A DNA stretch of 64,000 nt from a virus (IMGVR_UViG_3300044949_002468:2250-66249); one strand, 5' to 3'; shown: positions 37,890 through 48,261, counted from the stretch's first letter. Notes: generated by a model from the letters alone, not told the origin. Program-made: numbers and translations.

Positions 37890-38855
37890 TTACGCACTCC
37901 AGAATTTGCCCAGGTTCTTTTTGCTGTTCATTGCCGTTGTCAGTATGGACTGCGTGATCGACTCGAGCGCGCCAAGCGCCGCCGCTGGCGCGGCCGTAAA
38001 GCGCCCCACGAAGAAGGCCAAGAAAGGGTCCAACTGGAGCCGAGGAACAGTGTAGGGGCGATCATTCTTCCAGTTGTAAAACAAGTTCCAGAACAAATTG
38101 TGCTTCACGTAAGTCTGCCACCCCGGCCCAGGCTGATCGTCGCCGCCATCCTCCGGGCTGATGAAGTAGACCGTGGCGATAAGCAGATAATCCACCCCAT
38201 CATCCTCGGTGGCAACAGGCTGCCCGGCGGAAAGGCCAGCCATACTACCGGCCGCGAGGGTCTTTGTCGGCATGACTCCAGCCCTTATCAACGGGTCCAT
38301 GCCCAACACTCCAATCGTAGAAAGATCAAGAGCGACGTTCGTCTCATAAAGATCGCCCGTGACAAGATTGCCAATGATCAGGGTGTCCAATTTGTAGGTA
38401 GGACGCGCCTGCGCCAAATACACTTGCGCCTTCTTCAGCGTGCGGGTTCCGGCACCTGCTCTTTGCGTTTGATCAATGCTAATGCTCAGGTTTGCCGCGT
38501 CGAATGACACGCTCTCTCGAAGGTTCACCCCCATCCGCTCGAAAAACTTCTCGTCCGTTTTACTAAGCTCGGTTCCCTCGCCAAGCGCACTCTCTGAAAT
38601 CGGAATCAATGGATTGTCCAATAAGGTCACCGCAGGGGTTTCGATATTGCCCTCCTTGTCTTTCTTCGCACGCTGCCATACAGGCGCCACGCCATTGACA
38701 AAGCCGGGCTTTACTTGAACGGCCCAACCCCCGCCCTCATGCGTCACCGTCGTTTTCCACGGATGATCAAACTGCGAGGAGTCTGTTTGCTGTCCATACC
38801 ACGTTTCCACCTTGCGGAAACGGCGACCAACCGTTCGTTTGTAGACGAGTTTCAT
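37890..38855 (-). CDS. Tail protein (HPW..V.PGFVNG)
   Basis: ORF in the tail operon; coupled. Confidence 0.75.
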   Translation of the reverse strand: MKLVYKRTVGRRFRKVETWYGQQTDSSQFDHPWKTTVTHEGGGWAVQVKPGFVNGVAPVWQRAKKDKEGNIETPAVTLLDNPLIPISESALGEGTELSKTDEKFFERMGVNLRESVSFDAANLSISIDQTQRAGAGTRTLKKAQVYLAQARPTYKLDTLIIGNLVTGDLYETNVALDLSTIGVLGMDPLIRAGVMPTKTLAAGSMAGLSAGQPVATEDDGVDYLLIATVYFISPEDGGDDQPGPGWQTYVKHNLFWNLFYNWKNDRPYTVPRLQLDPFLAFFVGRFTAAPAAALGALESITQSILTTAMNSKKNLGKFWSA

Positions 38856-39433
38856 GCCACGTGAAAGTAGTGACGGAAGCCCGTGCCGCGCGTTCCAAAC
38901 TGATCCCGGAGGCGAGCAGTGCTGTGTCGATAACTGAAATAGGCAATCTGGTAAATACTCGGTATACCTCGTGTCGTATCTATCATCGCCAACGGCGCAT
39001 AACCGAATTCCGCGTTCCCGCCCATATCGCCCCCCTTAGCACTGTCATAGAGACTGACAGAAAGATTTTCCGGTGATACGTCCTCTTGCGTTTTGGCCGT
39101 CATGCGTCCCGTCTCGGTATCAATCTGCACCTTCAAGCACAGCCAGGACTCACCGGCAGGCAGCTGCATATCGAGAGTGGTTTGCGAAATAACAGCGCCA
39201 TCCGGGCCGACGGGCTCCAACCCATTGACATAGCCCTTCGTCATTCCTCCTTTCAGCGAGCCTTGATCCACGCTGGCATCAGACAAAGAAAAAGCCCCGC
39301 GAAAAATAGAGCCTCCCGCGGAACCATAGACAGTAGCGCGGCGGCGGCGCCCCCTGCCCACCACTCGCATGTATAAATTCGCACCGGCATGCACGTGGGC
39401 CGAAGCGACCGGTATTAGTAGTGGAATGATCAT
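38852..39433 (-). CDS. Tail protein (GYVNG.EP)
   Basis: ORF in the tail operon; coupled. Confidence 0.7.
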   Translation of the reverse strand: MIIPLLIPVASAHVHAGANLYMRVVGRGRRRRATVYGSAGGSIFRGAFSLSDASVDQGSLKGGMTKGYVNGLEPVGPDGAVISQTTLDMQLPAGESWLCLKVQIDTETGRMTAKTQEDVSPENLSVSLYDSAKGGDMGGNAEFGYAPLAMIDTTRGIPSIYQIAYFSYRHSTARLRDQFGTRGTGFRHYFHVA

Positions 39434-40152
39434 GTGCCTTTATAGAGCATTTCCGACCAGCCATCCGAAGAGAACAGCCACTCTTCGACCACTTCCTTTG
39501 ACCCCCCGAAGTTGCGCGAATTAGCACCACTTTTTAGCCAAGAATTTTTTCCTCCACCCATATCCCACGGTGGGGTGTCGATAAACCCCAACTTATCAGT
39601 CTCGGGATTGCCCCCGAAAGTGCGCAATTTCAGCATCGCGCGCGGGGCGAAGTAACTCGTGACGCCGTAGAGAGGATTCAGAGTGATAGAATTGCCCTCT
39701 GCGTCGACGCCTTCGCGGGTGCCCTTACCGCTTGGGTCTTCCAAGGGAAAATTCAGCTGGCCATCCTGTATCGTTCCGCCGTGCGCTTTCATCAACGAGT
39801 CTATCTTGGGGTGCATGGTCAGCGGAACCTGATCGGCCCAAATATCCAGCGTCATCGAAGTGCGCCTAACGTCGTAGTCGGGCGAGCCACCGCCACCGCC
39901 GCCGCCACCACCGCCATCAGAAACGCCGCCCATGTAAGTCCAGCGAATCGTTCCGAATCCGCCATCCATCGGATCGTTGGTCTCAAAACCGACATACTTT
40001 ACACCGCTTACCGGGCATGTCGGCGCACCGATGTTTGGATTGGTTCCGAGATAGTAACCCACCATCGTGACCGTCATCCCGCCGGGAAATTTCCATTCGA
40101 TCGTCTCCAATCGCGGCGCAGGAAGCGTGCCTACCAATCTTGTTGCACTCAT
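39430..40152 (-). CDS. Tail protein (distal-tail-like), paralog of 40152..40904
   Basis: PLTMHP, LNPLYGV, G.I..PP, WL..GA; TAATG coupling. Confidence 0.75.
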   Translation of the reverse strand: MSATRLVGTLPAPRLETIEWKFPGGMTVTMVGYYLGTNPNIGAPTCPVSGVKYVGFETNDPMDGGFGTIRWTYMGGVSDGGGGGGGGGGSPDYDVRRTSMTLDIWADQVPLTMHPKIDSLMKAHGGTIQDGQLNFPLEDPSGKGTREGVDAEGNSITLNPLYGVTSYFAPRAMLKLRTFGGNPETDKLGFIDTPPWDMGGGKNSWLKSGANSRNFGGSKEVVEEWLFSSDGWSEMLYKGT

Positions 40153-40904
40153 TAGTATTCGTAAATGGCTGGCTCCCAGCCTCCGGGCCCACTCAGCATC
40201 CAAGTTTTGCGCACGATGAAGGATGTGCCTACCTGCTGTGCTGAAGCGCCTACGTAAAGCCAGTTGCGCGTGCTATCGCCGCCCTTGGCCGCAGAACGAG
40301 CACCGGGCGGATTGCCGATTTTTCCCACATTGTTAAAGAGCGTACTCAGCTGCCCCTTGTTCATTGGCTCCTCGATGATAAAGGTTGCGGCAACGTCATA
40401 AAAATCATTGACCCCGTAGAGAGGATTCAAATTGCTTATTTTAGCTCCGTCTTTGCTTAGGCCACGCCGCCCGCTCGCCTGATTGGGATCCTCCGCTTCC
40501 CAGATAACCTCGCCGCCGCTCACCCGTCCATATTTGGCACCAGTGATCGGATTGCGATAACCTATCCACTTGCCAAAGTCTTTGTGCATGGTTATGGGGG
40601 ATTTATTCAATGACCCCTCGTACATAGAAACGTCACCCGTTGGCTGGTAAGTTGCCCAAGAATCCGGATCGACCGCCTCGTATTTCCACACATAGTCGGC
40701 CACACCTATATCAAAGCGCGCGCTGGCCGAAGTGAGTTGCATGCCCGATGGCCCGCGCGGCGCAGGCACCAAATCCACCGGAGGGCCACCGCCTTGCCAA
40801 TAAAAACGCGCGCGGATGATCTGAAAACGACGCCCCTGCGAAATGCCATAGTCGACCACACGAGACAGCTCACTATTGCTGCTTAATCCGCCTAAAGTCA
40901 TCAT
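40152..40904 (-). CDS. Tail protein (distal-tail-like)
   Basis: PITMH, LNPLYGV; directly after the tape measure gene. Confidence 0.75.
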   Translation of the reverse strand: MMTLGGLSSNSELSRVVDYGISQGRRFQIIRARFYWQGGGPPVDLVPAPRGPSGMQLTSASARFDIGVADYVWKYEAVDPDSWATYQPTGDVSMYEGSLNKSPITMHKDFGKWIGYRNPITGAKYGRVSGGEVIWEAEDPNQASGRRGLSKDGAKISNLNPLYGVNDFYDVAATFIIEEPMNKGQLSTLFNNVGKIGNPPGARSAAKGGDSTRNWLYVGASAQQVGTSFIVRKTWMLSGPGGWEPAIYEY

Positions 40905-40910
40905 ACGCTT

Positions 40911-43900
40911 CTAATCGCTTAGTGCCGCGGCTTGTCCGCGCGCCCACTGCGCCATTTCGTTGTTTAAGTTGTAAATTCGGTCCATCGCCTGTCGCTGTTG
41001 CTCGGCAATTTCTTGCAGCTTTTTGATCTCGCTGGCCGTGTCCTGCACCAGACCGCCCCACCCTGCGCTGCCACCGACCGAAGCCATCTCCGACATGCGC
41101 GGCTGCTTCATCTCGTTAATGTTCGACATCGCACGCTCCATGTCTACTTGATAGCCCGCCAGTTCTTTGGCGTTGGCAGCGTTCTCCTCGGGCGAAAGAT
41201 TGGGGTTGCTCATCGTCTTCCCGATTTCACGCGCCCGATCTTCTTTGAGAGCTTCATCTTCCAGTCGATCGGCGGCTTCTTTGGCACCCCGCCGATCCGT
41301 GCCGAAGTTTTCCTGCACCCGCAAGGCTTGGATCTGAGCCTGCCGATTCATGTCCGATACAACCTTGGCCTGACTTTCCTGTGCTGCCACCTGCTCGGCT
41401 TGAATCTCGTCTGCACTTCGGCCACCCCCGCCCACCGCCGCCAACTGCACCTCCGCCGCGCGGACGGCGGCTTGGGCTTGTTGCGCCTGCTCCTGGTTGC
41501 CCGGCGCCACATTCGCCGCCGCTTCCTTTGCCGCCTCCAACTCCTTCAAGGCATCTGCCCTAAAGTTCAAACGCCATTCTTGATTGGCCTTGGATTGCAG
41601 ATCAATAAGCGCCGCATCCAAAGCTTCCACATCTTCCAAGCCCGTCATCTCAAGGGCTACTTCCACAATGCGCTGTTCATCCTCCGTCGCGGTCCCTGCC
41701 AGCACCTTGTCGACCTTGGGCCGAAGCTCGTTTTGAATTACCTCCGGATCCTCTGTCTTCAAATTCAACCCGCGTGCCGCGGTCGATGTGGCCTCTTGAG
41801 CTTGTTCCAAATCACGCTGCGCTTCATTGGCCGTTAGGTTCGGCTGCTCCTCCAAATAGTCCTCGGCTCGGACTTCGGCGTTTTTCACCCGCTCCTGCGC
41901 CTCGTCAAACGCCGCCGCATTACCCTCCTTCACCGGCGCCGCCGCCACTTTTTGCGCCTGTTCCAAAGCCTGTGCCGCCTTGAGCTGCGCCTGCAATTCT
42001 TCCTGCGCCACTTGGGCGCCGGTTTTTTTCAGCTGCATGATCATCGTTTCGTTGCGGAGTCTTTGCATGGAGAACTGCGCTTCCGCTTCGGCCACCGCTT
42101 GCCCTTGCAAGAGCTTGGCATTGGATTCATCGGCTTGTATGGCGCGCGGCACATTGGCTTTTTCCATGCCTTCATCGCGGCGGAACTCCAACTGCTGGAT
42201 GGACGCCCCGCTCAACTGCTCTGCCCCGCCAATCGAAGTTGTCAGCTCGGACACCGCCCGGAGTAGCGCCTCCGCGGCGGCCTTCTGATCTCTTGTTGGG
42301 CCGCCATCCTCTTCGGAGGTTGGATTAGCGAGCACTTCAGTCGCTTGGCGCGAAGCATCATTGAGCAACTGCCGCTGCGCGATTTGCGCATTGGTCTGTG
42401 TCACCCCGAAATCATTGCTCGGCGCCGTGGCCTCGACTTCCTGCAACTGCGAAAACGCTGTCCGCAAAGATCCCTCTTGCGCGGCCTGCGCTGCACGGGT
42501 CCGCTGCTCTTCCAGTGCACGCTTTTCTCCCTCCATTGTGGCCACCTCTTCGCGGCTAAAAGACGGCGTCCCTGCTGCTACCGGACCACCAACAAATTGC
42601 TGACCATCTGGATTCTGTCTAGCAAGGGCCAAAGATGCTTCTTTTTCTCGAATCGCAGCGTCCAATCGCTTCTCTTCATCCGAGGAGCCCACAGCGGGTA
42701 ATTTTGTATCAACCTCGGCAATCGCCCGATTGCCCTTGCTGATCTGCCCGCTGGCCACTTTGGCATCTTCCCGCCGCTGCGCGCTTTCATTCTTGATCGA
42801 CTGCAGCGCTTCTTTGCTCCCAGCCCCCATTTGCGCGGCAGCCAACCGCGCATCCTCGGCAATCTCACGCTCCAGCTTTGCCCTCTCCCTTGCCTCTTCC
42901 GTGCGCTTGGCGTCCAAAGCCAAGGCGGCTTGGTTGATGGAGAGAATCTGCTGCGCAAAGCCTTGAATTTGATCTAAGCCTCCTTGCGCCTGATCCACCC
43001 CTTGTTGCGCCAGTCCCACAAGCTCATCGCGCCCAAAACCCGGACCTGCATTTTGGGCCTCGGTCAATCGGCCCTTGGCATCATCCAGATTCTTTTGCGC
43101 ATTGGCCACCGCCTCGTTGGCCGCGTTCTTCGCCGCATCCAAATCCTCCGGCGTCTGCACCCCGCGCGCTTGGCCAGCCAAAGACCCCGCCACGGCGCCA
43201 GATTCAGAACGGGAACGCTGCAGCTCCTTGTTAAGTTCCGATACCTTCTGCCTGGCTTCGATCGCCTTGAAAGCCAATAGCGCCAGACCAGTGCCTACAA
43301 TCGTCAATGCCCCGCTCACACCGGTCATTAGTGACGCCCACGCGCGGGTTGTGCCAATCAGCCCCGCCATCGCCGCTTGCGCAACGCGCGTTTGCATAAC
43401 AAAGCCAATGATCGCCTTAGATGCCGTCAGCAACGAGGCGGCCAAAAGCGTGAGCACAGCGACCGACACCGCACCCAGCCCCTTGAAAACAGCTTGCACA
43501 GCGCCCAACTGCGCCACCGAAGCAAAGAAATTGGCAACCGCCTCCTTGGCGCCCTGCACCCCCGCCATGATGCTGGCCCATGGACCGGAGGCCGCTTCTT
43601 GCACCGCGCTGGTGAATTTCTGAAAAGAGGCGGCAGCCCTTAGTCCAGCCTTCTCACCTTCTTCAAACATCTTGCCGATTTCGGCATCACTGGCCGTCTG
43701 CTGATTAGCCAACTGCTGCTGCAACCCCGCAATGGTGTTGGACAACTCCTGCGCCGCGCCTTTGGCCTTTTGCGTATCCGCCTCCAGCAAGCGCATCGCT
43801 TCGCTGGCCGGTGCTCCGGATTGGGCCAGATCGGCAATCTTGCGCGCCGTCTGACCAGAAATCGCTCCCATTTCCACCAGCTGATTAGCTGCCGCAGCAA

Positions 43901-44366
43901 CCCCGTCGCCCCCGCTCTTCAATGCCCCCGCCAACCCACCCATCGCCGCCGCCACCGCATCGACCGGTGCACCAGTCGCCGCTGCCACATCCTGCACCTG
44001 CTTCAAAGCAGCAGTGGAATCAAAGGCTCCCTTGGAGAGCACCTGCAAGTTCAGTGCCGCTTTGCCCAAGGCTTCGAAGGCAAAGGGGGAGCGCGCCGCC
44101 TCAGCGGTTAATTCTGCCACCTTCTTGCGCGCCGCATCGGCGCTGCCCATGATGGTTTTGAACAGCGAGGTCAGGCGATTCGCCTCGCCACTGGCCTGCA
44201 ATGCCGCCTGCATTTTCTCCGCATTGAGTGCGGCCCCACCCATGGCCTTGACAAAAGCCAGCGCACCCGCGCCCAACGCGGCCATCGGGCCTACAGTCTC
44301 GTTGAGGATGGTCTTGAGGGTCTTGGCGGCGTTGGCCATGCCGCTGGGTGGTGGATTGACCGCCAT
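40911..44366 (-). CDS. Tape measure protein
   Basis: 1151 aa, Ala/Gln-rich and helical; FKTIMGSADAA..SPFAF motif; TM segments. Confidence 0.9.
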   Translation of the reverse strand: MAVNPPPSGMANAAKTLKTILNETVGPMAALGAGALAFVKAMGGAALNAEKMQAALQASGEANRLTSLFKTIMGSADAARKKVAELTAEAARSPFAFEALGKAALNLQVLSKGAFDSTAALKQVQDVAAATGAPVDAVAAAMGGLAGALKSGGDGVAAAANQLVEMGAISGQTARKIADLAQSGAPASEAMRLLEADTQKAKGAAQELSNTIAGLQQQLANQQTASDAEIGKMFEEGEKAGLRAAASFQKFTSAVQEAASGPWASIMAGVQGAKEAVANFFASVAQLGAVQAVFKGLGAVSVAVLTLLAASLLTASKAIIGFVMQTRVAQAAMAGLIGTTRAWASLMTGVSGALTIVGTGLALLAFKAIEARQKVSELNKELQRSRSESGAVAGSLAGQARGVQTPEDLDAAKNAANEAVANAQKNLDDAKGRLTEAQNAGPGFGRDELVGLAQQGVDQAQGGLDQIQGFAQQILSINQAALALDAKRTEEARERAKLEREIAEDARLAAAQMGAGSKEALQSIKNESAQRREDAKVASGQISKGNRAIAEVDTKLPAVGSSDEEKRLDAAIREKEASLALARQNPDGQQFVGGPVAAGTPSFSREEVATMEGEKRALEEQRTRAAQAAQEGSLRTAFSQLQEVEATAPSNDFGVTQTNAQIAQRQLLNDASRQATEVLANPTSEEDGGPTRDQKAAAEALLRAVSELTTSIGGAEQLSGASIQQLEFRRDEGMEKANVPRAIQADESNAKLLQGQAVAEAEAQFSMQRLRNETMIMQLKKTGAQVAQEELQAQLKAAQALEQAQKVAAAPVKEGNAAAFDEAQERVKNAEVRAEDYLEEQPNLTANEAQRDLEQAQEATSTAARGLNLKTEDPEVIQNELRPKVDKVLAGTATEDEQRIVEVALEMTGLEDVEALDAALIDLQSKANQEWRLNFRADALKELEAAKEAAANVAPGNQEQAQQAQAAVRAAEVQLAAVGGGGRSADEIQAEQVAAQESQAKVVSDMNRQAQIQALRVQENFGTDRRGAKEAADRLEDEALKEDRAREIGKTMSNPNLSPEENAANAKELAGYQVDMERAMSNINEMKQPRMSEMASVGGSAGWGGLVQDTASEIKKLQEIAEQQRQAMDRIYNLNNEMAQWARGQAAALSD

Positions 44367-44382
44367 AACAGGGTAAATCCAG

Positions 44383-45192
44383 TCAACGCGCGCCCTGTGT
44401 CACCAGCCGGTCAAGCGTTGCCTCCCAATACCTGGCTTCAGCATGTGCCAAAGCCTCGGCGTGGCCCTTGTCTTCGTCGCGCGCAATCTCCAAGGCCATA
44501 TTGGCAATCTTTTCTTTGCGGTGCTTGATCACGTGTTCCATGCGTTGATCGTCCAGCGGTGTCCACAGATTGACCTTGGCTCCCTCGACTTTGGCCATGG
44601 CCACATTGAGCCAGACCAGCTCGCCCACCGGCATATTCCACGCCAAAGATGGCGGGTGCCCGTGCCGACAGAGCAAGGCAATTTGTTCCATCGCATCATC
44701 GAGATCGCGGTCCAACTGCCGCTCTCCGGAAAATGTCTCACACTCCTTGATTTTGCCCCTGATTTGCTGCTGTTCTTCACCCTGCAGGAAAGGCAATAGG
44801 CGCCTGTAGGCATCGCCCAGTTTTCGGTAGGTGCTTCCGATCCCCTCCCATGTTTTTGGGGGAGCATTGTATTCCCGCAGGTATTCCGCGAATTTCTGCA
44901 ACTCTTTCTGCAGCGAGTAGCGGCCGAAGCGCACCCACCAGAACAAGTGCCACCACGAGCTGTAACGTGTCTTCAGCGCTGGCCGGTTCGGATATTGCGT
45001 GCAGCAGACTTTGGCTGCCAGCCACACATCCCACAGCGTCGCGCCGCCCAAGAGAACGCGCGAATTCCAGCGCTCCAGCTGCAGCTTATGCCAGAAAGAG
45101 AACGGCTGCAGGCGATACCCAAGAACTCGGTGCCCTCCGTCGTGGAAAAGGCTTTCCGCTAAACGCTCATCAACAACGTATTGGTGATCCAC
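44383..45192 (-). CDS. Tail assembly chaperone-like protein
   Basis: Position between tube genes and TMP; RVLG..L.PFS.WH and AWNMP. Confidence 0.6.
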   Translation of the reverse strand: MDHQYVVDERLAESLFHDGGHRVLGYRLQPFSFWHKLQLERWNSRVLLGGATLWDVWLAAKVCCTQYPNRPALKTRYSSWWHLFWWVRFGRYSLQKELQKFAEYLREYNAPPKTWEGIGSTYRKLGDAYRRLLPFLQGEEQQQIRGKIKECETFSGERQLDRDLDDAMEQIALLCRHGHPPSLAWNMPVGELVWLNVAMAKVEGAKVNLWTPLDDQRMEHVIKHRKEKIANMALEIARDEDKGHAEALAHAEARYWEATLDRLVTQGAR

Positions 45193-45201
45193 CCCACGTC
45201 C

Positions 45202-45528
45202 TTACGAGGGCAAACCACGGCCGTCAGCTGTGAATCGGCTGAAGTCCTCGTTTGACCTTTCGATGGTTACATTGGTCACCTTGCCACCCGCACCGGCCAC
45301 GGAGATCGCGTCCCCTAAATTGGGACCACCCGCCTCCGTGCTGTAGCCCGTCACGCTGAGGGATATGCTTTCCTTGCCAAGCAGCGCCGCAACAACTTCA
45401 CCATTTTGGTCTTTGGCGCGGGCGATGGTTCCAAAAGACTTCTCGGCAAAAGCCGAAGTTGGGTGGGTAATCCCATTGCAGCTTGCGTTTACCCCAGTGG
45501 TCGAAGACCCAAGTTTCATTAGTGCCAT
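45202..45528 (-). CDS. Putative tail tube protein
   Basis: beta-rich; KDQNGEV, SNEDF; GGAGG RBS. Confidence 0.6.
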   Translation of the reverse strand: MALMKLGSSTTGVNASCNGITHPTSAFAEKSFGTIARAKDQNGEVVAALLGKESISLSVTGYSTEAGGPNLGDAISVAGAGGKVTNVTIERSNEDFSRFTADGRGLPS

Positions 45529-45540
45529 AGTGCTACCTCC

Positions 45541-45828
45541 TTAGAAGCTAAACTGCAGTGTCTCGGTCGACTGCTTGGCCGCATCTTCGTTGGAAAATTC
45601 AACGCGCGTGCGGATAGTGGCATTGGATCCAGCGGACAGGTCCTCCAGCGCATTGCCCAGCGTGGTTGTCGTGGTGCTGGTTTCGGGCCCGGAATAAATG
45701 ACATCTTGCAAAATTCCGCCCTCGCCCGTCACCTCCACCTCGGAGGAATACCGCTTGTTGATCGTCTCGCGGATGCCGTCGCTTAAGAAATCAAGACTCT
45801 CGCCGATTCTTTGAAGTGCCTGTGCCAT
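45541..45828 (-). CDS. Putative tail tube-like paralog
   Basis: SNED motif; TTGACA-N15-ATG. Confidence 0.55.
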   Translation of the reverse strand: MAQALQRIGESLDFLSDGIRETINKRYSSEVEVTGEGGILQDVIYSGPETSTTTTTLGNALEDLSAGSNATIRTRVEFSNEDAAKQSTETLQFSF

Positions 45829-45840
45829 AATACGTGCGCT

Positions 45841-46281
45841 TCATGTCAACCGGCGCCGAAAATACAACGCGTCCTTCCCGCCCCACCGCTCCGCCGGACT
45901 ATACAGCTTAAAACCTGCCCGAATCAGGCTGTTCGCACTGGCCAGATTGCCCGCCACCACATACGTCACCACCTCCTTCAGCCCCAACCGCCGCGCCATC
46001 CGCACCCGCGCATGAACCAGCCGCCGTTGCCGACCCTGCCCACGCTGACCTGCCACTACCCCAGCCCGCGACAAATACCCCAGACCCCGATTGTAATCCG
46101 CTCCACAAACCTTCATGCCCGCAAAGGCCACCGGCTTGCCCTTCTCCTCATCAATCCACCAATACGCACCCTCCGGTTTCACCCGCCAATCCCCCGGAAA
46201 ACATTGTGCATCCAGCTCCACAATCAGATCATGCACCCAAGCGGCGCACTCCTCCGGCGTTGCTACCAATCGCAGGCCCAT
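45841..46281 (-). CDS. GNAT acetyltransferase
   Basis: RAGV...RGQGRQRRL; N.AS.NSLIRAGF. Confidence 0.85.
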   Translation of the reverse strand: MGLRLVATPEECAAWVHDLIVELDAQCFPGDWRVKPEGAYWWIDEEKGKPVAFAGMKVCGADYNRGLGYLSRAGVVAGQRGQGRQRRLVHARVRMARRLGLKEVVTYVVAGNLASANSLIRAGFKLYSPAERWGGKDALYFRRRLT

Positions 46282-46296
46282 GCGGGCCGCGTCCTG

Positions 46297-46719
46297 TCAA
46301 GCCAGCCGGATGTCCTTCTTGCGAAACGCCGACATGCTGCACTCCTTACGCCCCGTGCTCTCCCACTCAATCACCATCCGGTCGCCCTTGACCGACACGA
46401 TCTTGCCTTTGGTCCCCCGCTTGCGCGACACCACCGGCATCCCCGCTTTAGGCTCCATCGCCTTTGGCGCCACCTTCGGCGCGTTCGCTGCCATCTGGCT
46501 CACCTTCCGGTAGCCCGTGCGGCGAACAAAGCGCCCGTCCGACCACACCTTGAAATCCCGGAACTCGATGGTTCCCGCCTTGATCCCAGGATTCAGCACC
46601 TCGCGCACCCGCTCCGGCGAGCATTCCACCTGCTCCGCGATTTCCTCCCGCGTGCTCCAACCCTTCGGCCAGGCATAAGCCGAAACATTCATCCGGTTTA
46701 CTTCGGCTTTCCAGTTCAT
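46297..46719 (-). CDS. HTH plus SH3-like hypothetical protein
   Basis: PKGWSTREEIAEQVECS; coupled to the phosphoesterase. Confidence 0.65.
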   Translation of the reverse strand: MNWKAEVNRMNVSAYAWPKGWSTREEIAEQVECSPERVREVLNPGIKAGTIEFRDFKVWSDGRFVRRTGYRKVSQMAANAPKVAPKAMEPKAGMPVVSRKRGTKGKIVSVKGDRMVIEWESTGRKECSMSAFRKKDIRLA

Positions 46720-47720
46720 GCTAAAACAATCGGCGCCGTGATCGTGCGCCCTCTCTTCGAGTCGAAGAGAAAATATGTCTGCTGCGGCGGTTCATAGGAC
46801 GCCTTGATGCTGATCGCATACGCATTGTAGCCGATCAGCGACCCATTGCTCACCCACTTCGGATTCTGCTGTTGCGTGTGCCAGTGCCCGAAACAATCCA
46901 GATCCGCCACCCGCGCCTTGTTCCACGAGGCAATCGCCTTCTCCGTCGGGATGGTCAACCCGCCGATCCCGCCCTGATACTTCAACCCGTCCCCGTGGTG
47001 AAATCGCAGCGTCTTGCCGAAAAGATCCACGTAATTGAAATACGAATCCGACACCTGCCACTCCACCCCGTCCTGCACGCGCTGCGACATCACCTTGTAG
47101 AGCAACCACTCGTAGCTGTTGCGAAACCCCGTGGCATGCCTCGGCTTTTTCGTTGTTCGCCCATGGTTGCCGTAGCAACACGGAATCAAGACCCGCGCAA
47201 AATTCTGCCGCAATGAGGCAATCCCCCGCGACACCCGCTCCATCACCCACAAAATTGTCTCCGTCGGACTCAGCGCATTTGTCTCCGCCAGTTCCTCGTG
47301 GATATACCCACTCATCAAATCGCCACCCAAAAAAAGCACGCATGTGTCGATCTCCGCGCCGTTTCGCTCGATCTCCGTCAGCCGCACCACACTGTTGAAA
47401 AACTTCTCGATCCGGGCCTCCGCCACGCGCAGGTCGAAATGATTCAGCCCATTGGTCGAATCCGCCGTCACTTGCTCTTCCACGTGCCAATCACTCGCCA
47501 AAGCCACCGCCACCGCCTCGCACTTCGCCGTCTTCTTCACCGCCAACGGCTTCTGCGAGGGCTTCGCCGCATTCAACGCATCGACCACCCCCAGCTGCTC
47601 CTCCAATTCCTTGATCCGCTCCAGCCCGGCCGTAATCTGCCGCTTGTAATCCGACACCACACTGCGATGCGCGTGCTCCGCGCTCTCCCGCGCAATCGTT
47701 CCCCAGTTCTCCTTGGGCAT
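46716..47720 (-). CDS. Calcineurin-like metallophosphoesterase
   Basis: SDWH, GGD, GNHGR, HHGD, GHWH. Confidence 0.9.
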   Translation of the reverse strand: MPKENWGTIARESAEHAHRSVVSDYKRQITAGLERIKELEEQLGVVDALNAAKPSQKPLAVKKTAKCEAVAVALASDWHVEEQVTADSTNGLNHFDLRVAEARIEKFFNSVVRLTEIERNGAEIDTCVLFLGGDLMSGYIHEELAETNALSPTETILWVMERVSRGIASLRQNFARVLIPCCYGNHGRTTKKPRHATGFRNSYEWLLYKVMSQRVQDGVEWQVSDSYFNYVDLFGKTLRFHHGDGLKYQGGIGGLTIPTEKAIASWNKARVADLDCFGHWHTQQQNPKWVSNGSLIGYNAYAISIKASYEPPQQTYFLFDSKRGRTITAPIVLA

Positions 47721-47838
47721 GACCCTCTTACAGTGTCAACCCCCCGCGCCCCCCTGACATAAAGAAGTTCCCAGATAAAGCGCACAGCACTTTGACATCT
47801 GAACTTTCCACTCTGAAATGCGCGGCGCGAGCCGTGCC

Positions 47839-48261
47839 TTACATCCTCTCTACGCCGAAAGAAACCCGCAGCACGTCGGCTTGGCTTCGATCCTTGCGCA
47901 GCACGCTAGTCCCGCGCATCACCGAAAAACTTGGCCAAGTGCACATCTCCGGTGATCCCGCCTCACGCATATCCTCAACCACATCCGCCGTCCCGAAATA
48001 CAGGCCGAGCGTCCGAATACGATCTTTGCTCGCTTGCACTTCATTTGCATCGTCCAGCTGCGCCACGCTCATCACATCAATCTCGACAAAACCGGCGCGT
48101 GCATTGGGCATAATAAAACTTTCCTCCTCTGCCCGCACCACGACAAAGGATCCCGGCCGGTCCCCCGTTGTCCGCCCCGCTAGGACAGGAACCCCCAACT
48201 CCGGCTCCAGCGGCTTCAAAGCCCCCACCACCATCGCCTCGATCTCGTAAAGCGCGCTCAT
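47839..48261 (-). CDS. Putative tail terminator/completion protein
   Basis: Size and position after the head-closure gene. Confidence 0.55.
   Translation of the reverse strand: MSALYEIEAMVVGALKPLEPELGVPVLAGRTTGDRPGSFVVVRAEEESFIMPNARAGFVEIDVMSVAQLDDANEVQASKDRIRTLGLYFGTADVVEDMREAGSPEMCTWPSFSVMRGTSVLRKDRSQADVLRVSFGVERM

Noticed and set aside
27845-40904. Diversity-generating retroelement or invertible tail cassette
   Set aside because: No reverse transcriptase or invertase, and no near-identical TR/VR pair was noticed. The duplications are old, protein-level paralogies.
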